Assembly (NCBI RefSeq): GCF_052425735.1
Contig: NC_135769.1
Span: 744,001-808,000, forward strand
DNA: 64,000 nt
From: Oculina patagonica
Lineage: Eukaryota
Direction of reading: 5' to 3'
Each line of letters begins with the position of its first letter. The stretch's first letter is position 1. Below are positions 38,283-51,700 of the stretch, one piece after another. The translations under genes were made by a program, and so were the position numbers. The notes beneath the pieces were generated by a model. That model ran no database searches. It saw nothing but the letters and a program-made list of their open reading frames with translations, and had not been told where the DNA came from.

Positions 38283-41200
38283 TTAACGGTAGGACTTCTG
38301 GTAACGTGACCTGGCGGCTGGTCCACCGAATTTCTTAGCCTCTGCACGGCGTGGATCAGCTACGAGCAGTGAACGGTCATACTGGACAAGAATGTCACGA
38401 ATCTCTTTCTTGGAAACCTCGTCCACATCTGAAAAGGGGAAATATTAAGTGTAAGTAATTCTCTTAACTTGTCACCACACAGTTATTATATCGCTTGTTC
38501 TGAGAATTAGCAGCACATCAAGCCAATGTCCACAAATATTGATGATTTGCTTTTTTCTCCTCAAACCACTCCTTGACAATGCATCGAGTTTGTAAGGAGA
38601 GTTAAGATTATAATACTTTCACAGTTGAAAGGATTGAAATTAGAGAATTAAACCTTTACTCAAAGTACTGTTTGCCACAATCAAGTGCACTGGGCTATAA
38701 AAGAAAAATCTGAGACTTCAGTGTAATTTAAATCTATGGCGTGTGGAATGCTAACTAAGGAGAACAAAAAATGCTTCAAGCAATAAATTTTCCCTGGTGC
38801 AAGTGATATTGGGAGAATTTTGGAGTGATATTAGAGTGAACATTAGTCGCAGAAAAAAACATTGATTTAATTGTCTAAACCACAATACTTACATTTCTGG
38901 TAGTACGCTACCAAGGCCTTGGAGATGGCTTGACGGATAGCTGAAAAAGATGACAACTTTAGCTATTACACTGTATAACCTTATTTTCTGGTAACTTTTA
39001 CACTCGTTACCACTAAAAGAACAACCTAATGATATACTACATTTTAGCGACCATTTTATCGGTGTGTGATTAAATTTGCCAGTGTTTGGTTCAGTTAGAA
39101 CAGCAATAACAGAGAATTGTTACAAGTCTAAATCTCTATTTTCTTCATTCTGTCATAACCAAGACTATGGAATGATTAAGTTGACATTTTTATCATGATC
39201 ACTTTCTATGTTGTAAACTGACCATGTACATTGACTCTTGACTTTTTTAATGAAAAGCCTCCAATAAGTAGTTCAAAATACAGCTACTGCTGGAGTTTAA
39301 GGTTACTTTAGACTTACCATAAATCCTGGAAACATGACCACCACCCTTCACTCTGACACGAATGTCCACACCTTCAAATCTCTCCTTGCCCAGAAGAAGA
39401 ATGGGCTCCTGAACCTATTGCAGCGACACAGTAAGCATCAAATCATCATTCTCTTTATAAGTACCATACATGTACACTTCTCTTATTTTAAGTATTGAAA
39501 ATTTCCCACTACAGTTCAAAATGGTCTTCTCTATAGTAAAACAAAATATACCAGGCCTATACCAGCATCGTCCGACCCAAATTGGAGTACGCAAGTGCCT
39601 CGTGGGACCCACACCACAAAAAAGACATTCAACCCTAGAGAGAGTTCAAAGAAAAGCTGCCCGTTTTTGCCTCACTTCAAGAAACAGCTAGCGTGACAGA
39701 CATGTTATCTGATGAAATGGGACGAGAGACAAGACAAAAGAAAAACAGACGACCTAATACAACTTATATAACCTAGTAGACATAACTACGGAAAATCACT
39801 TAATACCAAAAGTGAAAAAAGAACACGCAATAGCCATGCTTTTAAGTATAGGATGCCGAAAGTTTCTAGGACGTTTAAGTTTCTTTTTCCTAGATCAATA
39901 AAGTGGAACTGCTGCCCCGACATGATTGCAGTCATTTCGAATTTTAAATTAAATTTAGGGAAGCTTAAACAAGTAAATTGTACTAGTTTTTTTATCTTAT
40001 TTATACATTCTTTTGTTTTTGTTTTTTGTACTCTTATAGTTGATGTGATGTCTTAAAGATGTTATCAACTCAATAAATGTAGATGTAGATGAAAATAATC
40101 CTTATAGCCAAGCTCTGTTCTTTTATGAAGCGTTAAAGGAATTTCCCTAGTATTGCATTGTGCATCCTTACTGCGCAGAATTTTATGTGCAATTAGCGCG
40201 CGCACACAAACAAAATGGCCGCTTTTTTCAAAGGAATTTCCCTAGTATTGCATTGTGCATCCTTACTGCGCAGAATTTTATGTGCAATTAGCGCGCGCAC
40301 ACAAACAAAATGGCCGCTTTTTTCCATGAGTGTTTGAGTGTAGCGATCAAATTCTTTCTACAAAATAAATACAGATCAGTTTCTATGGCAGAAAAAATAA
40401 ATTACCACTAGAAGCGTGTACTTTGCTAGCACTCGCAAAGGAATTATTAAGGAATTATGTAGTATTTAAAGGTCTTCCTTCTCCTAAACTAGTACGGTGA
40501 CCCCCCCTTTTTATTTCAAAATGTAGGTTCCCTTAAGGAAAACAACCAACAGGCAAGGTTTGATTGGAAATCTATTAGTAGTTCTATTTCACAGGAATTA
40601 CCTTAAGGCTGGTTTTCACTTGTGACTGAGTCAGAATCGTAAACAAAAGGTCGGAATTTTACAGAGTTGTAAGCAGAGTTTCCAATTCTGATTATGACTG
40701 AATCACTTATATTCCAGTGAAAAATAAATCCTTGGATTCGCAAGCAGAATGGAAGTACTTAAAGCGCCAAAGAGTTAGCATTATGATTGGTTTGTGCTTC
40801 TGCTTGCGACTCAGTCAATTTAGTTTACACTGGATTAAAGGCAGTGTCATAAGCAGAATCGGAAGAAAAAGAAAACGTTCTGATTCTTTCGACTCTGATT
40901 CTGTTGAGCTTCTTCTTCTACTTAAACTTTTTTCATGCCCTCGATTCACTGCCATGTCATTTGTGCACTTAATAACAGAACAGAGTACTGTCACTTACAT
41001 GCACATCTATATAACAGTGTTGAGAACTTATGCATAAAACTGATATTAAGCTAAACTTCTTATTAATATATTATTATCATCATCGTCATCATCACAAACT
41101 TTATTTAAGTGTCAAAATCTTTTGGCATGCCTAAAGAGGCCCACTAATCTGGGTAACTATAACCTTAAAATCAGTTATTTAAATACCTATGCATATTGAA

Positions 41201-42598
41201 AGGGTTTAAACAAGCATACCTTGTATCGGAGAGTTGATGGTTCAACCAAGTCCAATGGGCATCCATTAATCTTGATCATGCCATTTCCACGCTTACAGAA
41301 GGCAACAGCTGTAGCTGTTTTCTAAACAATAAAACAAGGCTCATATAAGTACATGTGTATGTGAAAAAATATGAAACACATGCTATGGTGAAAGGTTACA
41401 TCTTTTACCATTTACTAAATACTCTGCTTTACTATTGCATGCAGCAGAAGGCTGCATATTTACAGTTATATTACTAAATAATAATAATAATCTGAAAATG
41501 GCATCAAAGGCACGTTTAAATTTAGGCTAGTGCATAAACGCTGAACCTTTTTTTTTTTTTTGTTTTGTTTCAGGCATGTTTCATGTTTCTGTACTTATTA
41601 TTCAACAGATGCGCGCGCGCCCATATATGGTCAAAATGTAAAGGATATCTGTCATCCGCACATAACAGATATCCTGCGATATTCGTAGGTTGCGAAGATT
41701 CGTCCGAATCTTGTAAGCGCTGCATGATTACAGCTTTTGTTTGTGAAAAATGTGTTTCGTTGACAATTTGTTGAATAATAAAACAATTATCCTGCTCAAT
41801 CTTGCGGAATATCGTCTGATTTAGCCAACTCGGCCTACGGCCTCGTCGGCTAAGTATCAGGCGATATTCCCGCGATTTCGCAGGATAATTGTTAAATATT
41901 GGGTAAATATCAAACAAATTGTTTGATATCTGACTTGACTTATTCAGGTCAAATCTACTGCTTGATAGATGTCAACAGTGTTCAAAAACTATGGCAAGGG
42001 CCCAAAAGTAGGGGTTATTTACAAAAATTAAATATTATGCAATTAAAATAAAATATAAGAAGACTAAATTTAGGGGCATTTGGATTACTTTCCATAAGCT
42101 AAGTTTGAAAAGAACTTCCAAAAAGTAGCTTCGCAGAAGCTTACAACCATAATTTGTCGTTGTTTATCGTGAAATTCCACGCTTGTTCGGCGTATAAAAG
42201 CACCAATGTTAAAACTGAACCAACGTATTTCTTTTTCCTTGAAGTTTCTTAAAATAAATCCGAAAATGATCGACCAGCATTCGGCAGAAGGAAATTGGAA
42301 AACATCAAAGGGCTTCATGATCAAGAAATACACTTTGAATTCACTTAATACAACCGAAATGCATGGCCGGTCGCTTTAATCAGTGGCAAAAATGTCATAT
42401 AATTCACATCCCCGTTTCTTCACAATATTACCCCAATTTTAATCGTGTGCATCACATTAGACTTTGAATACAACTGCATCAATTTCACTGCCGCCATGTT
42501 TAAAATTAATGCACGTGTTAGCTAAGTCAACATTCCTTACGAGAAATCATTGATTTTACACGTACCTTTCGTCCAAAAACTTGTACTGACTGACTCAT
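38283..42598 (-). CDS. RPS16: 40S ribosomal protein S16 (uS9)
   Basis: [11 protein letters not shown]|[14 protein letters not shown]...|[29 protein letters not shown]|[16 protein letters not shown]|[40 protein letters not shown]. Exons 42566-42598, 41220-41321, 39318-39414, 38893-38940, 38283-38428. AATAAA (minus) at 38250-38255. Confidence 0.98.
39530..39920 (+). mobile_element. CR1-like LINE 3' fragment in an RPS16 intron
   Basis: Frameshifted [21 protein letters not shown]...[11 protein letters not shown], a diagnostic CR1-type RT C-terminal peptide. Confidence 0.8.
40135..40324. repeat. Exact 95-bp tandem duplication at the end of a probable TIR element
   Basis: aaaggaatttccctag...ggccgcttttttc at 40135-40229 and 40230-40324. 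Confidence 0.9.
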
Positions 42599-42689
42599 CT
42601 TAAAACAAACGACACATTAAATAAAGTTAGATGCAAATCGACACCGCCATAAAAGCGAAATATCGAAATTTTAACCCTCATTTCAGTAC

Positions 42690-42730
42690 CTTTCTGTTCG
42701 GAACGAAGAGTTGAAGCAAGAGGGAGAAAG
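42690..42730 (-). promoter_or_regulatory. Non-coding first exon of RPS16 with 5'TOP/TCT initiator
   Basis: Minus strand reads CTTTCTCCCTCTTgcttcaac...cagaaag|gtactg. The next acceptor AG directly abuts the ATG at 42598. Confidence 0.75.
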
Positions 42731-43566
42731 CGTGGTGCGCATGCACGAAAGGAGGCACGCAACACAGAAACGAGGCTATTAGAGAAGGTCGGGAATGGAA
42801 GGGACTTCTGGATGAGATAAATGAGGGTTATGTAGTTGGGAAAATTCGAATGTATTTTGTCCCGACTCTCTCGTGCGTTATTGATTTGGCTTATAGCTGA
42901 GAAATGACTGAAGATATCAATTTCTCCTGGGATATTTCGGCAATCTGGCTTTCTTTCCCCAGATAAAAACACAAATGGTGTACTGGCAGATTTTAGTCTA
43001 GCCCCTTTCCAATATTATTTTTATTAATTTTGTCATCTGATATTTTATATTGATCCAAACATATTGTCAAGAAATAAATTCCTTCAATGCAAACTACTGC
43101 AGAACATTGTTACAAAAAAAAAAGATCATGGCATGAATTGTAGGGCAGTAATTTAAGCTAAGAGGTTTGCCATTGCGCCCCTCCGTTTGGGGGGGGGGGG
43201 GGGTTGGGACAAGGACAAGAGGACAGCTGAAATTTCAGACTACCGTGTTGCAAAAAAATATCAATAAATGTATTTCCTTCAACCAGAAAAACGGATTGAG
43301 CGTTCAAAAAAATCAAACATAAAAAATAAGGGGTAAAAACTTCACAAAACTATGTTTTTTCAATGCTTTATTCATTAAACTTTTCATTACATTTAAACAT
43401 ATTGTTACTTCCTTTTCTACCTAATATAACTGACTTGACTTAACTTTCGTTGTCGTTTTGAGTTCTAAATTTTTTTCCTGTTATTGACTGTGCCAAGAAA
43501 TCTAAAATCATTCTACTATTTTAATAAGTTTAACGATGATCAAGCTTCTTTTTTCCATTTTTCTTT

Positions 43567-46500
43567 CTATGCAAATGAAGAAGTGAAAACCATTGCAGGT
43601 TCATTGGCAATGTTATAAAAAGTGGCCATCCAAGCATACTGAGAGAAGAAAACTGCAGAAAAAAAGAAACAAAACATTAAGTAACAACCTGTTCCTGACA
43701 AAAAAAAACCCAGATAGTGTTAACAGACATGGAGGGGGGAAGGAGAGGGGGGTTTGAAAAAGCATATCTTCAAATCTAACTCCAAATACAAGTTCAATTC
43801 TCGATCATTACAATATATTACCAAAATCTCTTGATGTTATTTTTTTCTAAGAATCTGGTGGTACATTAACCTCTAACTGTAGCTGTCAATCTTTTTTACT
43901 CTGATCATTGGTCTTCCCACTTGCACCAGGCACCTTGCAGATGGGTATGGTTAACTTTATTTAGGCAGGAAAGACCATACATAAATATGGCCGGTATTCA
44001 GAGGGGCACTGCTGGTAAAAAGTATGACAATTTGTCCTAAAAAAAAATGTGAGTTCACTGCCAGTTCAGACTTGATTGCCCATGCCTTTCCTATAAATGA
44101 CAATCAGACTAGAGCGAGGAGTGGGAATTGAGCCTAGTGCCAGCACAGAGGAAAAGTAGAACCGTCAGTCCTGCTTCTGGTTTACTTACAGACATCTCCT
44201 TGTTTCAGCGTAAACTGAAACTTCTCACACTGGTCTTCACAGCTTTCAACTGGCTGAAGATTCACAACTGTTGAACCAGTCACTTGTGCCATCCACACAT
44301 TGTCGAATGTGCCTTGTGCCTGGTGATTCATAAGACAAACTTATCATCAAAATAAAACAAAATTCAAATAATAATCTCTCAATGTGGATAAATGTAAAGT
44401 GAAATGGCAACTTGGATAAAGTGAAGTAAATGAAGAAGTGTTCTCAAGTTGAAATCTCGGAAAAAAGATTTTCCGAGTACCCCCAACGGGAGTCGAACCC
44501 ATGACCTTCCAAGATTACCGGTTGGACGCTCTAACCACTGAGCTATGGGAGACTCGTGGTGAGCGAGGTCATATACTAAGTTCTTATGTGTGACACATGT
44601 CCTGCCATATCTGCAAGGCTCAATATGTCGAAATGATAAATGTGGATAAATGTAAAGTGAAATGGCAACTTGGATAAAGTGAAGTAAAATAATGTATTGC
44701 TTCAGAAAACATCCATACCCCTCCCACAGAAGGTTTTTTAGTTTGAATCCCCCATCCCTCTGGAAATTCCAGTTAAGCACCATACTTTCCTTTCAAAATT
44801 TCACTTCAAGACCCCCCACTCCCTCGGAATTTCCAATGACCTTCCATGGGAGAGGGTATGGATATTTTCTCGAACTGCACAATTATAAGATCAAGTAAAG
44901 ATGATAGCTGAGTAAATAAACATACCGTCTCTAACATAACTTCTTCAGTACTGGAATGCAAATAGTAATCTCTCAACTAACAGATCAAGTAAAGATGACA
45001 GCAGAGTAAATAAACATACCGTCTCTGACATAAGTACTTGTTCATTGGAGCTGTCCACTGTGGCTGGTTGTAACAGATACATTGACTTGTCTAAAGCACC
45101 CTCACTATGAATACAGTATGGACGAGGAAACAAGGCTCGCAGTGATCTTAAGCCTTGTCCATAGCAAACTTTCCTGCAACAAAATATTACAAAAGAAACT
45201 TAAAGGTTAACTACACCTGGCGACTACTTGTTCAGGATAAGAGATTATTGATATTCCGGGATACAATATTTCTTTATTTTCTAATACTTGTCAGCTGTCC
45301 AAATGACACTTCATTTTACAGTCAAAATACTCAGCGTGTGCTGCCTAGGTTTCGAGAATAATTTTGATTGACAACGAACAGACTGCAATATTCATTTCAA
45401 ACTTTCAAACTTAACTTGAGTATTGTAATCAGCCAAGTATAGTACAGTCGAAGTTCTCTTAATGGACACTCTCGTAAGCGGACAGCTCTACTTACGGCCT
45501 CCTTGTTAGAAACCCCATTTTAACTACCATTATACAAACTCTGTATTTTTACATTCTTGTTAGCAGACATTCCGTAAGCGGCCGCGGACACTTTCAGAGA
45601 TTATGACTGACACTTTTTCTCTGTTTTTAAGTTTCTGTAAGCGGACACTTTAAAGCTGCTTAAAGAAAATCCTATTAACAACCTCTGCATCGATGTAAAA
45701 CAATCATCTTCACATCGCCGTTCGTCACAATGATTTTAAAGTAATTACAATACCATATTTCAGTGCTTGTTTTTTTGTCATCCACGTCCGTCTGGTTATT
45801 GTTAGCTGGGCAAGTTCCCTAAAGCGGCCATTTATCCCCTACACCTCTAGTGGCCGCTTACAAGATGAAGAACCATTCTCCTAAGCGGCCAGCTCCAGTT
45901 ACGGACACATTTTCCGTGTCCCGAGGGTGTCTGCTTACGCAAGCTTCGACTGTAGTACTATAAAGATATAATTTTATTTACCCTTGGGAAATAAAGAGTT
46001 GATTGTCAGAGTGGAATGTTCTCCTTAATATAATGACTCAGACTGGCTGCTGAATAGGAATTGACTGACTTGTAAATTCCAACTAAGAAATGGAAATGGA
46101 CTAAACTGCAGCATGACCAGATATTACTAACCATGCTAGTATATTTCCATCCGGCTTGTAATGGTCCCAATTCTCAAGCACTTCCGTCAGACTTTTAGCA
46201 GACTCATTGACAGCTCCATTGATCCTAAACTCGCAGGCATCCTGCTCCAGATCTGCTTGGTTTGCGCGATAAAACTCCATAAATTTTTCAAAGCTGTGCT
46301 CCGCATCTCCATAGCCTGGCATGTTTCTAACCACAACAGGAAATGCAGTGTCATAGAAGTTCTTCTTGAAGGAAGCTTTGGTGAGATTTGCACTGGAACG
46401 GCTGGCGATCTTCTTCAATCCCTGACATATTGCACAATCAGGTTTTTCTGGAAGAAAATGATCAATTCAATTGATTTTATCAGTTTTAGAAAAAAATCTT

Positions 46501-48187
46501 GCAAGCTTATCTCAAGTACTGCTAGCAAAGTGATTTTTAAGAAGAGGACTATAACTTGTTAAGTTGTTGGTTGCAATTTTCTCCTGGTCAATAGCATTTT
46601 CTCTTTCTAAGTCATATTGGGATTTAAAAAATTCTTAAATGTCAAGAATCAACATCCATCATCATCATCGTTATCACCTACCAACATTTATATCATTATT
46701 ATTTAGTAAACAAATAATTATTATTTTTTAATCAATGTCAAAATAAAGTTATTATAAACTTTTCAACAACATTCTATAGCTACCTGCAACGTAAAACGGG
46801 TTGTCGACCATACACTCCAAGGCACTCAGCTTTGACAAGTCCATGAAGTTGTGCAAGGGAAGAGAAACCAAACGGACCACACGCTGTAATGGATACTGAA
46901 AATCGGCAGTCAATTGCCCCATGTAGAGTCCAAATGACGGCTTGATCATGGCCATCAGTGACACTCCACTGTATAACAGAAAAGGTACCAGGATAATCAA
47001 CCCTGCCACTTGAAAACAACGACTGATACAGCTACGTTTCTTGCTTTTAGTTTTGCTGGCATCCTTTGAATCTGATGGAGTTTTCTCTGCAAAAGAACAA
47101 ATATTTTGTAAAAATAGAACTACCATATGAAGGCCTTCACTGCTTTTTTTAATATTGCTTTACCAAAACCCCTTTACTTAGCCACTGATGTTCATAACTC
47201 CATGCCTAATTATACATATAGTTTTGTGAATTTTTTTCTATTCATAAGTGATCATGCAGGGTTTTCATTAAGAATTGTAATAGGAGGAGAATAGTGTAAA
47301 GTAACCGGAGGCTGATTTTTAAAGGTTCCGCATCTTAATAAAAATATAGGTACAGGCCTTTGAAATTTAGCCGGAGAATTCTCCGATCTCCGATGCCTAA
47401 TGAACACCCTGATCATGTGAAGGAGAGAAAGACCGAAGGAGACTATAGAAGAAAATGTAGGCATAATATGGCATTGGGAAACGAAAAAATGTCTTTCTGT
47501 AAGTACTTTGCCACAAAAAGAAAGAAATGTACTAAAGCTAATATATTTATTGTAGTTTACATTTGCAAAATTAATGCCAGGTCAAAACAATTTCAAACAA
47601 GTTTGATACGTATTTTACTTTGTTTCAGATTAACCATTTATTAACATAATCCATAAACAAAGAAAACTACAAATCAAACAAGACCAGAAATTCATTTCAA
47701 ACCCCCACAACAATTATTCTTTCTTTACTTGTAAGAAATACGTAGGTAATCTTAAAGTAAGCTAATATTACCTACTATATGCCTAATATATCGTGAATAC
47801 GGAGTTCGAAAAGGCTTCCTCTTGATAGAAACAAAAGATTTGCCTATCGTAAAGAAAGCTGATCTTCAACAAAAGGTCGACCCACAAGCAGGACAGACAA
47901 GTCTACTTCCTCATTTCGGCAATGTTGTTTGTCCCAAACCGAATGTATTTGGCGTTTGATGAAGAAAGCATCACCGAATCATCAAAGAATTATCAAAACG
48001 AAATCGTTCAAGAAAAACTTAAAATATATTTGACTGAGAAAAGACAACCAGCTAATTAACTACCTCCCAAAGCGCGAAGAATAGCCTCGTCAATTTCTTC
48101 CTTGCTCAGTCCCCAGCTTTCGCCTTGCTTTCTCAATTCCTCGACTTCTTTACGCAAAAATATCCCTGTAACATTATCCATGGCCAT
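43567..48187 (-). CDS. C6orf89 (bombesin receptor-activated protein)-like single-pass membrane protein
   Basis: Frame-consistent exons 48064-48187, 46784-47086, 46132-46447, 45020-45173, 44190-44319, 43567-43652. TM segment VAGLIILVPFLLYSGV. VVRLVSLPLH, CxxC (DCAIC), LRALFPRPY and VVNLQPVESCEDQCEKFQFTLKQGDV recall C6orf89 motifs (from memory). AATAAA (minus) at 43367-43372. Confidence 0.8.
44381..44688 (-). mobile_element. Repeat with an internal tRNA-like module flanked by 50-bp identical direct repeats
   Basis: aatgtggataaatgtaaagtgaaatggcaacttggataaagtgaagtaaa at 44381-44430 and 44639-44688. Minus strand has tagctcagtggttagagcg...gggttcgactccc at about 44476-44555. Confidence 0.75.
45445..45952. 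mobile_element. Tc1/mariner-type MITE (TA TSD)
   Basis: ta|cagtcgaag ... cttcgactg|ta, with repeated taagcggac/taagcggcc subterminal motifs. Confidence 0.85.
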
Positions 48188-48705
48188 TACGTGGCGTATT
48201 CCAAAGCTTCTATCTCTGGTGAGAGTGAATACTGCCTAAGAATAACTTTTTCCCTCTGTATATTGCCTCTGATATTATTGCCTTTTTCAGAATCTTCCAA
48301 GTTGGCTTTGTATTGACTGTCAGGGGAGGAGTGCGTATGAGTTTTATACTTAAGCAAAATATGTTGTTTAGTTTTACAAACAATCCTTCTAAGCAAAGCA
48401 AGATGTTCTTTATTATATTTTCCCCTAATCGTAATTTATTTTTTTATTTTCAATAATAAAACTGTAAAATAAACCTTTGTTGCCAAAGTTTTCAATCTGC
48501 CTCTCCTCCCTTGAGTTCTTTCTTCTACTCAATATCATGCTTTTGGCAAATCCGCTGACCGAAAGACATGAAAGTGAGGCTTAGCGCGAGGCCTAAGTCC
48601 TAGTGTCCTAGTCACTTCACTTTGTGCTACAATTATTTTTACAAACTTTTAGTTGAAAACTAGTTATCTCGCATCGTTCCTTCCACTTTGACGCATTTTA
48701 TCAAT
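48188..48705. promoter_or_regulatory. Bidirectional promoter region between the C6orf89-like gene and API5
   Basis: Divergent start codons at 48187 (-) and 48706 (+) are separated by only 518 bp. Confidence 0.65.
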
Positions 48706-51700
48706 ATGGCAGGGGTTGAAGATCTTTACAAACAGTTTGGAATCCTCGCAGATGCGAAGGAAAAAGCAGGAGAGGTGAGCTTGATCGAGCTGTCTTGAAA
48801 TCAAATATGGCGCCGATTTGTCACGTGGAAATGCCCGTCAAAATGTTTCTGTTTTATGCAAACCTAATGGACGTTGTTGTTTCGAACTCTTGTTTTTAAC
48901 AGCACGAGAGTGCTTTTCTGCTGATATTGGCTTCTGTGAAGGGTTCACAGGCAGAAAAACGACTGGCTTCTCAGTTTATAGCAAGATTCTTCAAGTTCTT
49001 CCCGAAGTTGCAGGAAAATGCTATTGATGCCATGTTGGATTTATGTGAAGATGAAGATAACATGGTAAGAGAAAGAAATAAGTGAAATAAGCTTACTAGA
49101 ATATCTTTTTATGGAAGGGTATTCAGGTTTTTAACAGACCAATGACTGGGGAGTTAAATGAATCAGAAACTTTTTAACAACACTTGAAAAGTTGAGTAAG
49201 AAAAATAAGAATTTAATGCAAGAAGGAAAAGTGTATTCTAACTTCAAAGCATTGGCTAGATTGCAGAATACCTGCCCACTTTTTGCCTATCACTGAATAA
49301 CAAAATTGCCTATATTGTTATGCCTCATTGTCTAATGTGCTCTAACACAAGCCTGCGACCCAAAGCATGCTCATGACCCCACAAGCTTCACGCTTTAAAT
49401 ATCATTATAACATAGCTAGCAGAGCGGTGCAATCAAATTCAGTATACAAAAGTGTGCTCAAAATCCTGATAGTGCACGCTGATGACATAATTGACGAGTG
49501 AAAATCTCACTGAGTAAAGCTCACACGCTGTGTATGCAAAAGCAATGACATCTTCTCCTCGGAATATGGAAAGTGATTCCTTTCAATATTTTTCCAAGGA
49601 TACGAGCTACAAGGTAAGCTGTTTCTTATTACCAGACAGAGAGCGAAAGAGAAAATTAATTTGATTTTGCCGTCAAAGTTGTTTGTGTGCTTTTCTTCAT
49701 TCAAACAACAACAACTAACGTGCGAGTCTCAAAGGACAAAAATATTTTTTTTCGCTGCACTAACATGGAAGAATGGGCCAACCATGAATGATAACAGTTC
49801 GATGGCACTAAAACCTAGCTACCAAACAAACATTTTTGCATTTTATAAATAAAGGTTTTTCTTTTTTTACTTACATGTAAATGAAGTAGTTGGGTATTCT
49901 GCAGTTGCTTTAACAGCGCATTTTGATACTGATCCTTTCCTATCAAAGCATGCTATTTAACTATAAAAAGAAAATCTGTTCAATTTAACTGACCTTTATT
50001 TTTGTCATAAAAATGTATTACCAGATCAGAAGACAAGCCATTAAAGGCCTGCCAGACCTCTGTAAAGACACACCAGAACATCTTCCAAGAATTGCTGATG
50101 TACTTACACAACTCCTACAAACAGGTAAGCAAATGTTAGACAGTAACCAATATAACAGTTGTATGGATCAAGTAAATTGATTGAGTATGCCGTAGGCTGC
50201 CTTGATTGGCATGTTAGGCTGTACGCTGTCCAGCATGTCAATCAAGTCTTGAGCCTCTTTTGAGTGAAAAAGGCAGTGGTATATTCCATCAGTTTTACAA
50301 ACAGTAGTTAAACTATTAGATAAGAACCCATGTACATGTAAGTGCATGTAATTGACATGCAAATGGTGTAGGTATCCAATTATAAAAAACTTGTAATTGG
50401 ACACCCACATGATTGCACACCAATTACATGTACGTGACATAGAGGTCTGCAGAGAACCATTCAGTATCGATAATTTTGTTATTGATAAATAATAATAATA
50501 ATTTATTAATTATAATTATAAGAATGGTCTTTATTAAAATCTTCAAAAATTAATGGAACGAATGTGTGATTAACCAAATTAAAAGCTTTTTTCCTAATGT
50601 CATGAATTACAATCAGTTTCTGCAAACAGACGTACATGTAGAAGTTTTACTTGAACAATGTTATTATTTTGTTGCCACTGTGGATGTAGCTGGGGGGAAG
50701 TACATGTACTTTAAGTTATAATTTCTAAGGATTCTGGTTATAGTCGGCAAAATTTAATGTACTAGGACATGGGGCTTTGCTTTTTTTAATATTATAAGAA
50801 ATAGTCCTAAGAAATTATTAATAACTTATTGTTAATGTTTCTGTTGCAGAGGATCCTGCTGAATTAACAATTGTTAGAAATGCACTCACAGTATTGTTTA
50901 AAATGGAGCCAAAAGGTAGCTATTTTATAAATTAACCTGACATCATAATCAAATAATGTTTAGCTTCTAAAGATCTTTAGATAAAGTGAGAATTTATTGT
51001 GTATTTTGTTTACATAAAATTTGTGCCACTTTCTACAAATTATGAGTTTTAATGAATTACATAGATATGTTATGCCATCAGATGCAATTTTAGGTCATTT
51101 ATGCTAAATTGCATCATCGCATAATATTAGAAGTCTTGAAGGAAAAAGGTCATGGGATGAAATACACACAACACTGTAGGTTAAGATAAATATTGCAAAG
51201 GTCTAAAAAATGCTCTTGGAAGCTAAATCTTTGTGGTTATTTACATGTAATCCTTGCAGGAACCATTGGAGGACTATTTTCTCAAATTCTTAGTGGAGAA
51301 GAAGCATCTAGAGAAAGTGCTATTAAGTTTTTAAGTGGTGCTGTGGAAGAGTATGGCAAGAAGGTGTTACATCCATCACCTGAAACAGAGGAATACCTTG
51401 TTGAAGAAGTTAAAAAGGTAAGTTTAGGGAAATAGTTGACTTAGTTTCCACATCATTAAATGACAAGTGAAATTTCTACTCCCCATTGAATGGGATGTTG
51501 CTATCCAGAATTTTGTTTTCTGTTGCTCCAACAACTTTGTTGTGGCCTTTTGAGGCAAAGACAGGCATTAGGAGAGAAGTGTTTTGCCGAAACACACAAT
51601 ACAAGCTAGTAAGTAAGTAAGTAAGTAAGTAAGTAACGTCTTTATTTATAGAGGGTAGCACTTAATAGCTATAAAGCTAACAAACTCGTGGCCCTCCTAT

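Noticed and set aside
42378-42460. Possible C/D snoRNA in RPS16 intron (minus: taatGTGATGC...CTGAtta)
   Set aside because: Degenerate C box, very short stem, about 1 kb from the 3' splice site and no recognisable guide target. Too weak to call.
44476-44555. tRNA gene
   Set aside because: Irregular anticodon arm and embedded in a repeat unit. The same applies to the tRNA-like heads at about 15752, 18947 and 24614, which are SINE-derived.
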